A stretch of DNA of 64,000 nucleotides from contig NC_087472.1 of assembly GCF_036321535.1 (NCBI RefSeq), positions 93,560,001 to 93,624,000 of the forward strand, given 5' to 3'. Of this stretch, positions 39,145-51,058 are shown piece after piece; position 1 is the stretch's first letter, and every line of letters begins with the position of its first letter. The DNA comes from Camelus dromedarius (Eukaryota). The notes beneath the pieces are model-generated. The model was given only the letters and a program-made list of their open reading frames with translations, was not told the origin of the DNA and did no database searches. Both the position numbers and the translations under genes were made by a program.

Positions 39145-39368
39145 CATAATAGCAAATATTTAAAGAACACTATAATTGCTAGCTCTAGTTGTCAGCACTT
39201 TACACACACTAGTAACTCATTTAAGATTGAGAAAATTCTAGGAAGTGAATATTATTATTATTGTTATTCCCATTCTACAGATAAATAGCTAGTAAGTGGT
39301 ATATCCAGGATTTGACCTAATGAAGACTGGCTCCAAAGGCTGTTATTAACCATTATAATACATACTAC
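39145..39368 (-). mobile_element. MIR
   Basis: ataatagcaaatattta..agcactttaca..ctcatttaa..attcccattctacagat..agctagtaagtgg..ggatttga..ctggctccaaag. Confidence 0.8.
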
Positions 39369-41324
39369 CAGTCATTGTCATTTAGGCAGTTGCTGTAAAA
39401 TCAAAATTATACATTTCATAGAAAATACTCTGCCATGAAGAATCTTTTCTATTTCTCTCTGGTGCAGATGCCTAATTATAGCTGACTGTTTATGTTACAG
39501 ATATCTACAGAGTGGAGATCATACATCTGCTTTATGGTCCTCCTTTCTATGAAGTACTGCCCGAACTATGAAAAAGAAGTAATGATGTCGACTTGCCTTA
39601 TTGCCATTTTATTTCTTAGTACACTTTTCATAGGTAATGTTACTAAATATTATAACCTTTTAGTCTTTTGGTTTTACTGTTCCAAGATTTAATTCCAGAA
39701 CATGTGACACTGATATAGACAAATTTAGCAATAATATATTTACAGTTTACACAAATTTTGAAATTTCAATTTACTATTCATTTCAGAGAAAGAAAACTTA
39801 AAATTTTCATGTTTTTCCTAAAGTCATACATTTTACTACCAATAACATATAAACTATCTAAGAAGGTGTGTAAATTTTACTTATGCAATAAATAAAATTA
39901 CAAGTTTATAATTATAAATTATCATTAAATTATAAACTTATCAATGGTTAAGTATAGTGATAATTTCAGAAACTAATGTTTGGTAATTCCTTTTAATTTA
40001 AATGCAGAGAGGAAGATAAGATTGAAATAGATAGAAGTAAAACAAAACTTCCAGAGACTGACATGGCACTCTCATCTGGGCAACGGAAAAAATGGAAAAA
40101 CTAGGTAAGATCAAATAAAACTGATAACAAGTGTAGAGGGAAAGATAGGACCAATAGTACAATTTGCTTGAACAGTAGCAGAAAGGCCTTATGATTGCTT
40201 ACTCAGCTTTCTAAGTTTTAAAATAAAATGAAACACATGTAGACAAAAATAATCCAGGAAGTATTCCAAAAGACCCCCAGTAGAGTAAATCAATGAATAG
40301 TGTTTGTATTCCTGAAATTCCTGAAATTAAGCTTAATAAAAGTAACACTGGAAGAAGCAATTATTGGACTTGTCAAATTAAGAGATAAACTTCTTGAAGA
40401 ATCAAACTTGACAGCTTGGTATACCAGATTGGGGGGAAAAAAAACCCCACAATTAAAGTTTCATTCCTTCACTATATATTTAAAGTATTGAATATTATTA
40501 AATGTTCACTATCACAGTACTACTTCATGATAAATATAGCACAATATATTGATTATTACCTTATTGTTGGGTATTTAGATTTTGTCAAATTTTTCTTTTA
40601 TTATGCTAGAATAAACATCTTTGAACCTAGGTCTTTCTCTGTATCTCTGATCATTTCTTTAGGTCACAATCCCAGAGGTTTACTGAGATACTTAATATAG
40701 ATGATATTAAAGTAATTAACAGTGGCCAGTCAGAAGAGTAGGCTGTGACATAATTATCATTTTCTGAACAACACAACTTAATCGTGCAAAAAAAATTATC
40801 TGGTATTCTGACTTTCTCTCTAGTTGAGTCATTTAACTTGGAAAACCTCATTGTTGAATTTGCAATTTTCACTTGATATATCTTCACAAACACTTTTCTA
40901 TGACACCAGTGGTGACTACACTGACTCTGAAGCTTTTTTTTTTATGTGTTTTAAAGGGTTCTTAATTAAATTTTTTTATAGAATATGTCTGTCACTTGTC
41001 AGGCGGTGTGATTAAAGGCAGAAAAAAATTGCTTATTTGCTTGATATAGAGCACAGCATTTTCTAAGCTAAAAACATGTTTGTGGCTAAATTCATGTGCT
41101 ATAAACTGCTCATCCTAAGAATAAAATTATATACCTTATTTGTATTTTATCCTATTTTTATTAAATTTAGAATGCAAATGAGACCTGGTTATATTTCAGT
41201 ATGTATGCCTTGAAATTAAGCTGTCAGTCCTAAAACTAGTGACACTGTGCACTGTTTATAAAAAACATGACACTCTGGTTAAAAGAAACAAAGCTAAGCA
41301 ACAAAAACAAAAAGAAAAACTCTC

Positions 41325-42565
41325 AAAGGCCATCACACTGCTGAGAATAAAATCCAAACTCCTATCCAGATCTACAACACTGCCCCTGGCTACATGAACT
41401 GGCTCCTGGACCTCTCTCAAGTCCATCTCCTGTCACTCTTGCCTGTTCCCCCTCTTCCAAGTACCTTTATTTTTCTCACCATCCTTCTATCATTTGTTCC
41501 CTCTATCAAGGTATTTCCTCCAGATAGTCACATGGCTCACTCCCTTCATTTTTTTTCAGAGCTCCTGAAAAAAGACCTTCCCTGACTACCTCCTTCATTT
41601 TCTAACCTTCACATGACTTTTTTTTTCTATAGCATTTCCCTGTACCTGACATTGTGAAATGTGTATGCTTCTTTATTGTCCTCCTTCCCAATGAAATCTA
41701 AGCTTCATTAGGAGAAAGACTTTTTTTTTTAAATTGAAGTAGAGTTGATTTACAATGTTGTGTTAGTTTCAGGTGCACAGCAAAGTGATTCAGTTATACA
41801 CACACACACACACACACATATTCTTTTTCAGATTCTTTTCCATTGTACATTATCACAAGATATTGAATATAGTTCCCTGTGCTATACAGTAGGTCCTTGT
41901 TGTTTATTTTATATATAGTAGTGTGCATCTCTTAATCACAAACTCATTTATCCCTCCCTCCCCTTCCCCTTTGGTAACCATAAGATTGTTTTCTATGTCT
42001 GTGAGTTTATTTCTGTTTTGTAAATAAAGTCATTTGTATCACTTTTTTAGATTCCACAAATAAGTGATATATGATATTTGTCTTTTTCTGTCTGACTTAC
42101 TTCCCTTAGTGTAATAATCTCTAGTTTCGTCCATGTTGCTGCAAATGGCATTATTTCATTCTTTTTATGACTGAGTAATATTCCATTTTGTGTGTATCTT
42201 CTATATCCATTATCTGTTGATGGACATTTAGGTTGCTTCCATGTCTTGGCTATTGTAAATAGTGCTGCTATGAACACTGGGGTGCATGTACCTTTTCAAA
42301 TTAGAGTTTTCATCTTTTCTGGATATATCCCAGGAGTGGGATTGTGGGATCATAAGGTAGCTCTATTTTTTTAGTTTTTTTTAGGGACTGCCATACTATT
42401 CTCCATAGTGGCTGCACCAAATTACATTCCCACCAACAGTGTAGGAGAGTTCCCTTTTGTCTACACCCTAGAAGAGAGACATTTTTTGTGAACCACTGTA
42501 CTCCCATCACCTGGAACACTGTGTGTCACATAATAGGTTCTCAATATACATCAAAAGAATAATAC
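41325..42565 (+). mobile_element. L2 3' region, split by an L1 at 41721-42468
   Basis: ctgagaataaaatccaaactcct..ccagatagtcacatggctcactccc; resumes cacctggaacactgtgtgtcacataataggttctcaata. Confidence 0.75.
41721..42468 (-). mobile_element. L1 3' end (cetartiodactyl-type) with (CA)n
   Basis: Poly-T, attgaagtagagttgatttacaatgttgtgttagtttcaggtg, [19 protein letters not shown]; near-TSD taggagaaagac / tagaagagagac. Confidence 0.9.
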
Positions 42566-43411
42566 AGTGCATTCACTGCTGGGGTCCAAATCTTTATATT
42601 CTCCATGTGAGATTACCTAATACTCAAACTTTGTGTTTGAGTGTTGGTTGTGGATACGTGATATGGATAAAAGAAATCAGTAAGGTATTGCATAGAGGAA
42701 TGTATGTAATCAAGTGATAAAAATTTTAAAAATATTTAATATAATATCTTTTAATTGATAACATCTTTTGTGTGTTGGAAACATACAGTTAAGTTACTTA
42801 TTAAATTTTAACTGATTATTTCCCTGATAACTATCCTCTGTGTCCCATACCACTTTCTCCCCCTACCTACCTCATTCAAATGCTTAAGTTCATTGCTTCC
42901 CAGGGAAAGAATGAAAAAGCAGAAAAGAGACTTCAAGTTTCTTCTGGATGTAGATACCTAAAAACTAAAGCCCTTAGGTAGAGAACATGTTGCTCATTGA
43001 TGAAAATGGGAGAAAACCATAAGAATGAGCAACATTTCTTCGTTTTCTTAATTTTCTCTGCATAAAATTTCTTCCAAGTTTGAGGCTGGGGAGAAAACAA
43101 TAGAATGATACTCCAAAAATATAATAACCAGTACAGGTCTCCTATTGACCTATCAGGCACATATGTTGAGTTTTCAGTGGCCATACCACTAGTCTGTTCT
43201 AATTCTTTTGCATCTTTAAGTCCCTGTGAACTTTGATCAACTCTCTAAGAAAAGGAATAAAGCCCCAAATGACTGAGAGCAAGTATCTGCTACTCCAGTA
43301 GAATGGATATCTTAAATAAAATTTAAGTGATTAAGAGAGAAAAATTAAAAGAATTGTAATTTTTTTTGCACAACTAAGCTCTATATACTGGCTATCCACA
43401 CTATGTATACC

Positions 43412-43763
43412 CAGTAGCAGATTTTCTATGAGAATAATGAAGCTTACACATCAGGATCTCTCCATTGCACACGTCCCTGGGTTTCTAGGAGTGCTTAAAA
43501 TTGTAGCATGTTCTGGAAGCCCGTTTATACAGAAAGCATTTCTCTATATACATTTCTAGAAATTTGTCTAAAGAGATGTCAAAGGAAATGAATCTGAATT
43601 ATTGAGGATCCAGCAATTTGATGTGGTTTCTCTTTTCATTAAAAAATATATACACACCTTTGAATATAATTATAAAGAGAATTTTGTATGCTCCTTAGTT
43701 TGTACACACCTTAGTTTCATATTGTACGCACCTTAGTTTCCACCTAACCTGGGTCCACTCTTG
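43412..43763 (+). mobile_element. hAT non-autonomous DNA transposon (MER115/Zaphod-like)
   Basis: cagtagcagatttt..aatgaagctta; ggaagcccgtttatacagaaagcatttct; end aacctgggtccactcttg. Confidence 0.65.
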
Positions 43764-44559
43764 TATGTGCTTGTGTATACGTATAACTTTGGAAAAATAC
43801 ACACCAGGCTGATGAGTGCCTTGACCTTGGGAAAGTAATTATGGCAGACCAAGTAGAGAAGGGTTTTTCAAATTTCACCTCACATACCTTCATAATTTTT
43901 TACTACACTATGCTTTATATTTCTTTTTAAATTCCCCGACAAAGAGAAACAAGATTCTCATTTCTTTAAAATAACTTAGCTTCCAATGAAAACTGCCAAC
44001 ATAAAACAAAATAAAAAATGAAACCAAGTGTTTGGATTTGTTGGTGAAGGAAAAAAATGCCACATCTTTCTCTTTTCTATCACAGCAAATTTCTATAAAG
44101 GCAACTATTATTTTTATTTTTAGATTTTATTGATGTATAACTTACATATCATAAAATTCACACATTGTGTCAATTCAGTGATTTTTTCAGTGAATTTATG
44201 AGTGTGTGTAACCAGCAGCACAATCCAGAAATATTCCCATTACTCCCCAGAATTCTCTTGAGCTGTGCCCAGTCTGTAAATTATTATTATTATTTTAAAT
44301 GTGTTTATCTAAGAACCGTTGTCTTCACTTGGTTTACTCATTACTATTCTTACCTCACTCCTTTTGACTTCTGCCACACCACTCATTGAACCTTTTCTTG
44401 CTGTGGTCACTAATAATAACTTTTTTCTTGTTAAAATCGATGGATGTTTCTCCACTTTTATCTTGATCTTTCAGCTATCCTTGGCACTGTTGGGAATTCC
44501 CTGCTTTATGAAATACTCCTGGCTTTTGTGGCAGTGAGTTTACACAGTTTCTATTCTTC

Positions 44560-45072
44560 CCTTTCCTTTCTCCTTACAAATAGGAACTCTTAAATTAGAT
44601 GTGACCATGTGATCAGCTAAAATATATAAATTATCAAGGCCACTTGCATTTGGGGAGGTGATAAGCTGTAAGAATTTACTTAAGTATTTCGGAGAAAGAT
44701 TTTGATTCCTGATACAGATATTCCCTCCTCTTGCTTTCCACATTTTGTCCTTCCTGCCTGGAACACAATAGCTAATTGAAGTGTTTTTTCTTTTTCTTTT
44801 TTTTTTATTGAAGTATGGTCAGTTTACAATGTTCTGCCAATTTCTGGTGTATTGAAGTTTCATAGGTCATCTCCTCACCATGATAAGAATGACACAGCAT
44901 AAAGGTAGGAGTTGCTTGGGATTTTTAAGGGCATCTGCTAGCCTTTATAACAGCTGTGAGCTACTTCCTTTCTTTGGACTTAAGTGAGAGGAAACAAAGT
45001 TGCATCCTGTTTAAGCCCCTGATATTTTGGTTTTCTCTTACCAACATCTGATTACAACTACTAACTAAAATA
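44560..45072 (+). mobile_element. Old MaLR LTR (MLT1I/J-like) with tiny nested L1 tail at 44783-44850
   Basis: ccttcctgcctggaac..gtgagaggaaacaaag..tgtttaagcccctgatattttgg..ctaactaaaata. Confidence 0.6.
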
Positions 45073-45419
45073 GCTTAGATGGCTTTTCATATTTTGAGCC
45101 TATACTAATGATGCCACCTGGAAAAGTCTTTGTAGAGAAAGATCAGGGATGTTATCTGATGAATTCGTCTCTGAGAATACCCTGTGATATGACATCCTCT
45201 TCTATCTCAGAGAAGGCAATTTCAGATTGGATTGGTTTGGATTTTACAGACCACAATTCCTTACATAAGGACAGACTAGTGTACTATGGCAGTAAGCAAA
45301 TTTGTTTAGAAAATTAAAGGTACTATTTGTACATTAGGGTTATGGCCCTGTGGAGGAAATATCTTTTGGCTATCCAAGATATCTGCATGAAGTTCTTTAA
45401 AGGGCTCTGCTCATTCACC

Positions 45420-45540
45420 CTTCCTTTCTCCTTTCCTTCTTTCCTTCCCTTCTCACTCCCTCCCTCCCTTTCTTTCTCCCTCCCTCTCTCTTCCTCCTTC
45501 TTCTCCTCTCCCTTTCTCTCATTCTCTCTCTCTTTTCCTG
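45420..45540. repeat. CT-rich simple repeat
   Basis: Pyrimidine tract ttcctttctcctttccttct... Confidence 0.9.
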
Positions 45541-45787
45541 GATTCATTAATAAGCTCAAGAGAGCATACAGGTCATGACAGAAGAGGAGAGCAATTTTCA
45601 CTTTTCTCACTTTGTAATATAGATTCTTTTCATTGTTTTAAACCCAATGAAAAGATATATTTTGGCTGTTATAAAAATATCTAACAGAAACAAAAGCATA
45701 AAGACAGTAAATGGTGTCAGAAGTTTCAAAATATGGTTTTGTGTTTATAGTGTGAGGATATGAATGATTGCTAAAATTGTTGATAAG

Positions 45788-45861
45788 GGGAGGTGCCAAG
45801 ATGGCAGAGGAGAGAGACTCACAGCTTGCCGTCTCCCATGAATACACCAAAAATTACATCT
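45788..45861 (+). mobile_element. Isolated L1 5' terminus (~75 bp) with TSD and no poly(A)
   Basis: gggaggtgccaagatggc (YY1-type motif), similar to the L1 5' end at ~29990-30060(-); direct repeat ctaaaattgttgat at 45771-45784 and 45860-45873. Confidence 0.75.
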
Positions 45862-48043
45862 AAAATTGTTGATGAGAGTCAAAACAGAAGCAAATACATG
45901 GAGGGCAACTTAGAAAGGAATAACAAAAGCCTTAACTTACATGTATCACTGTGCCCAGTGACGCTATTTCTGTAAATTTATCCTAAAAGAACAATTTTGC
46001 TGAAGTCTATTTGGAGGAGCACCTTGTATCAAAGTTAAAATCCTGCTTAGCTGTTTTTCTTGTGTACCCACCAGGCAGTGTATCAAGATTGTGAGATGGG
46101 GGAATAGCACCCCCTTTCATAAAGCTTAACAGATACCTTGTTGTTTACACAATTAAAAGTGTTTATAATAGTTAAAGCCCTTAGCTACATCCTGTATTTT
46201 TCTCTGCATCTACCACAAATTGGTTTGTTTATGACCTAGTTTGATAATTAAGGCTAGGGACAAATTTCCTCCTGTATGCTCTACAGTCATTATTAGAATG
46301 GCTGCCATACTTATTTTTCTAGGAAAAAATGATAAATGCAAAATCAAATAAATCTGAAATCCCATTTTCATTAATTATATGGGGGAAAAGCAACTATCCA
46401 TAATTAGGCCAGAGGAAATATTTAATATGAAATTTTGATATCTTTTATTAATCATAAAATCACTCAAAGAAATAGCAATTACATGGGGTGATGCAACGTT
46501 TCCTTTAAGTAAGTTTTCATAAATCTTTTAAACTTTTTTTCATATATTTTAAAAATAGTCATGTTTTGTGAATGATACTTCTGAAAGTGATTAAGTTTAT
46601 TATCTTCAATATTTTGCCAAAAAAGTGAGTAAGAAAATTTGGGAATGTAGCATGACCTGGGAGTTCCTTTTTCTCCCGTGTAATAAAAGTATATATGAAC
46701 AGTTATTCCAAAAGACCATTATTTATAGACACCACCAACCTTCTTCCACATGATCTTCTGAAGTTCTTCAGGGAAGTCCTATCAGCCTCAAAACACAAGA
46801 TGCAGCCTTGCCTAAAGCTATAAGACTCATCCGGTTTCCTAACATTTGAACAGTGTGACTCCCTAAGAATTTCAATTCTGCATTATCCTCTCCCTTTTCA
46901 GACATCTTCTTGAGGTCTTTAAATAAAAATGATGCCTCAGGGTGAATTGCCACAAGTTCAGCACCTTGCTCTTTCATTGTGGCTATCTAATCTAGGAGCT
47001 CAAAATCTCCTAGAACTTTCTAAACATGGGATGCCCAGCCTCAGCCTGTTCAGGTGATTTTTTTTTAGCACCCCAAACAAATTCAACACGCTGACATTTT
47101 TCTTGTTTGCACTGATGAAACAGACACAGCTCATTTTTTTTTGGTCTGCTTCCACTTGCTTGACTCCTCTTATTTTACACTTAAAAGGTAATTTTCACTT
47201 TATCCTTTGCAGATTTAACATCTTCATATAATTACCCTTTAAAAAATACCTTTAGCATGTTCTTTTGACCATAATGGTATGATCAATTGTATAAAAGAAG
47301 ACTGAGAAAACACCAACAAATAGAGGTCCTCATTGTTGTCTCATAGGCACGAAATCTAATCTATTATTCGGCACTCTGAAGCCAAATAAATGATCAATAT
47401 AGAGCAAATGTTAACCTATTTTCTTGTCCCAGTGCTCCCTGCAGTTTCCCACTTCACAATAGTAGGGAAGGGTGATGCCTATCTTTTGGGGGTCATGACC
47501 ATCACATACATTAGGTTTATAAGTATTTTCTTCATTAAAAATCACAATAGGAAAAGTTATGAGTATGTTCTTCATAAAGTAAAAAACATGTAGATCAAGT
47601 GAATCATTGGTATATCTTGGGTTGTTTTCATGAAAGGATGGTGGGATTTCAGAGTTTCCTGATGAGCATTTGGAGGAGCACAGTAACAAGAAATATGTAG
47701 AATTTCACAATTTAAAGTGTTAGTGTTGCTAATCATGAAATTTCTAAAAATCCCCAAAAGAGACAAAAATGCAAATGGCTATGCCAAAAAATAAGAAGTC
47801 TTCAGCCTGTCATGCTGATTATTCTATTTAATAAAGGAAAATATTTGCAGTGATGGTATGGCAAAACAGAGAATTGTTAACATATGGGTCTAGGGGCTAA
47901 TAATAAAATGCTATGTGTAAGAAAATAACGCACAAAATTTACCCCCAAAAATCTACAATTCTGCTGGAAAATTTATGGAGTGCCCATGGTGGAACAGAGT
48001 CAGTAAAGGAATACTAAAAGACATAAGGCAAACTAGATCACAT

Positions 48044-48480
48044 GTACAAGGCATACTTCATTTTCTTCCTTTGGGGATATTGCATTTTTTACTAATTGAA
48101 GGTTGGTGGCAACCCTGTGTTGAGCAAGTCTCTTGGTGCCATTTTTTCAACAGCATTTGCTCACTTCATGTCTCTGTGTCACATTTTGGTATTTCTAACA
48201 GTATTTCAAACATTTAAATTATTATTATATTTGTTATGGTGATCTGTCATCAGTGATCTTTGATGTTACTATTATAATTGATTTGGGGTACCATAAACTG
48301 CACCCGTATAAGTTGGCTAACTTAGTAAATGTTGAATGTGCTCTGACTGTTCTCCTGGGCAGTCCCCCATCTCTCTCCCTCTCCTCAGGCTTCCCTATTC
48401 CCTGAGACTCAGCAATATTGAAATTAGGCCGATTAATAACCCTACCATGGCCTCTAAGTGTTCAAGTAAAAGGAAGAGCC
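48044..48480 (+). mobile_element. Tigger1 5' portion (TcMar DNA transposon)
   Basis: aattgaaggttggtggcaaccctgtgttgagcaagtc..gctcacttcatgtctctgtgtcacattttggta..atggcctctaagtgttcaagt. Confidence 0.9.
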
Positions 48481-48665
48481 TTGAGATGAGCCCTGACTGA
48501 CACCTTGATTGAAGCCTCATGAGATACTCTGAGTTAGAGGATCCAGTTAAGACACATGTGGATTCCTAACCCACAGAAAATACAAAGTAAAAAAACAAAG
48601 TTTGCAGTTTTAAGTCACTCAATTTTGAGCTAATGTGTTTCACAGCTATGGATAACTAATTTCAG
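48481..48665 (+). mobile_element. MLT1 LTR 3' fragment
   Basis: ctgacaccttgattgaagcctcatgaga..ggattcctaacccacagaaa..ttttaagtcact..gataactaat. Confidence 0.75.
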
Positions 48666-48899
48666 ACGCCCTGTGTGTAACAGAAAAAAAAGATATGTGT
48701 GCTCTTTTATACATAAAATGTATTTTGCAAAAAGGTTCAAGGAGTTGTTGACACTAGTGACCTCCAACAACAGAGTATGAAAAAGTGGGGAATTAATTTA
48801 ACCTTATACTCTATACTGTTCTCAATTGTTTGGATAGTTTATCATGAAAATGAATTAGTTTTTAATCATTGTAATAAGATAAATAGTTAAAGTAACTTT

Positions 48900-49600
48900 T
48901 GTTTTAATGGGAAAATTATAACTAACATTACATACCATTTAGTAAAGAATGAGGACACTATATATTAAAACCTATGGAGTGTGGCCTAAGTCACACTCAG
49001 AAGAAATTTTATAGATTTAAAGGGATTTTATTCAAAAAATAAAAATTAAATATAAAGAACAAAGTTTTCTCTTTAAGAAAAAAAGAAAAATAAAGAAAAC
49101 TGGAATAAATTGAAATAAAGCAGGCATAAATATAAATGCAGAAATTAATGAAGTAGAAGATAAACCATTCAAAATAAACAAACACACACCAGTAATCTTA
49201 CCTACACTAAAACCAATGCCTAGCGCTGTGGAAAGATTGATAAAATATGTAAAAACTTGGCAAACATAAACAAGAGAAAAGAGTCAAGGCACAAATATAC
49301 ACCAAGAATGAAAAAATGCCCATGATTACAGATGAGAAGCATTCCCATTAGGTAAGGGGAATTTTGTTAAAAATGAACAAGGCTATGCACCAGCATCACT
49401 ACCATTCAACATTGTTCATGAGGTCCCAGCAAATGCAAGAAGTGATGAAGGAGAAATAAGAAATACTATAATGAGTGCAAAATAAATTAAAGAGTAACTG
49501 TGATTTGATAGCACATACAGACAATATGAAAGTATCTCATTAATAAATGACTGGAACTAATATGAGAGTTTAACAATGTGGCTATTTACAAAAAGCTGTG
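48900..49600 (+). mobile_element. Old L1 ORF2 fragments
   Basis: aaacctatgg..ctcagaagaaattttatag, gcagaaattaatgaagtagaa, ccattcaacattg. Confidence 0.7.
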
Positions 49601-49764
49601 TATTTACAAAAAGTATGTGATTGCTGCACCAAATTTTAAGAACAGCGGTTTATTGTCTTTGCTCCAATATAGCAATTGCCCAAAGTGGCTTCTGATTTCA
49701 GTGGACAATTTCATCCTTTTGGGGGACGCGGGGAGAGGAACAAGAAGTATTCATTCATTCATTC

Positions 49765-51058
49765 CAACTTTATTGAAGAATAATTGAAAAATGTAATTGT
49801 GTGTGTATATATATATATATTCCTCTCCCCCCCACTTCATAGGGAAAGAGAGGATAGAGTGAGTCTGCTAAGGAGACTCAAAACTTTAATGCCTTCCTTT
49901 ATGGCATCCAAAACTCTGTTCCTATTCAGCTGGTGACTGATGAGGGCCCTTGACTAACCTACATCAGTACTTCTGCAAAGCAGAACATTTACCCCAAAGC
50001 CAGGCTATACACCAGGCCAAAAAAAATCACTTTTTACTCTCAAATTGTGTGTTCGGGTTGGGGGTGAGAAAGAAGGGTTCTTGAAGAAGAGGAACTCCTT
50101 GAACAGCTCCTAGAAGTTCACTGTGTGATTCGTGCTGCCCTCAGCCTGTGCTCTTTCTTCTGTGAACACACTGGGCTACAAAACCAGCCCTATGGTGAAC
50201 CAGGGGTGTACACACCCAACTGGGGAAGGAGATGAGGGAGCATCAGAAAAATGTCACCTGCACCTTCACGAAGGTGATTCTTCAAATGTTTTGAAAGCCC
50301 CTGCTTGAATATCTGGGGCACCTAGAGTATACAAAGTGATGATTTGATATTCATATATACTGTGGAATGATTACCAAGATCCAGATAATTAATGTATATA
50401 TCATCTCAAATAGTTCACTCTTTTTTTGTGTGATGAGAATGCTTAAAATACACTCTCTGCAGCTTTCAAATGCATGATACCCAATACCATATTATTAACT
50501 GTATTTACCATGCTGTACTTTTTGGATTGTTGTTAGAGGACTCTATATTTATTTATTTTTTATTGAAGTATAGTTGATCTGGAATGTTGTGTTAGTTTCT
50601 GGTGTACAGCATAGTGATTAAGTTTTATATATATATATATATTATATATATATATATACACATACACATACATACATATATATATATTATATATATATAT
50701 ATTCTTTTACATAATAGGTTATTACAAGCTATTGAATATAGTCCCCTATGGTATACAGTAGGTTCTTGTTCATAATGTACTTTAGATCCTCAGAACTTAA
50801 TTCTTATAATTGAAAGTTTGTATCATTTGACCTATATCTCCCCATTTCCACTTCCCAGCCCCTGGCAACCACTAATATATGCATTGGTGCAGCTCAGCCA
50901 TGAGAAGGAAGGAAATCCTGCTGTTTATGACAACATGGGTGAACCTGGAAGGCATTATGCTAAATGAAATAAGCTAGACAGAGAAAGACAAATACTGTTA
51001 TACCACTTGTTTGTGGAATCTAAAAAAAATTTTTAAAGCTAATTGCACAGAGACAATT
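49765..51058 (-). mobile_element. L1MA9-like 3' end with 5' inversion (50890-51058), containing two nested insertions
   Basis: ctttattgaagaataattga..gtgatgatttgata..cctggcaaccactaat on minus, then plus-oriented ggaaatcctgctg..gacagagaaagacaaatactg..gtggaatctaaaaaa. Confidence 0.8.
50522..50770 (-). mobile_element. Short nested L1 3' end with (TA)n/(CATA)n and near-TSD
   Basis: ttattgaagtatagttgat..gttagtttctggtgtacagcatagtgat; catgctgtacttt (50509-50521) / cataatgtacttt (50771-50783). Confidence 0.85.

Noticed and set aside
45323..45610. Lys/Glu/Arg-rich ORF
   Set aside because: Translation of the CT simple repeat
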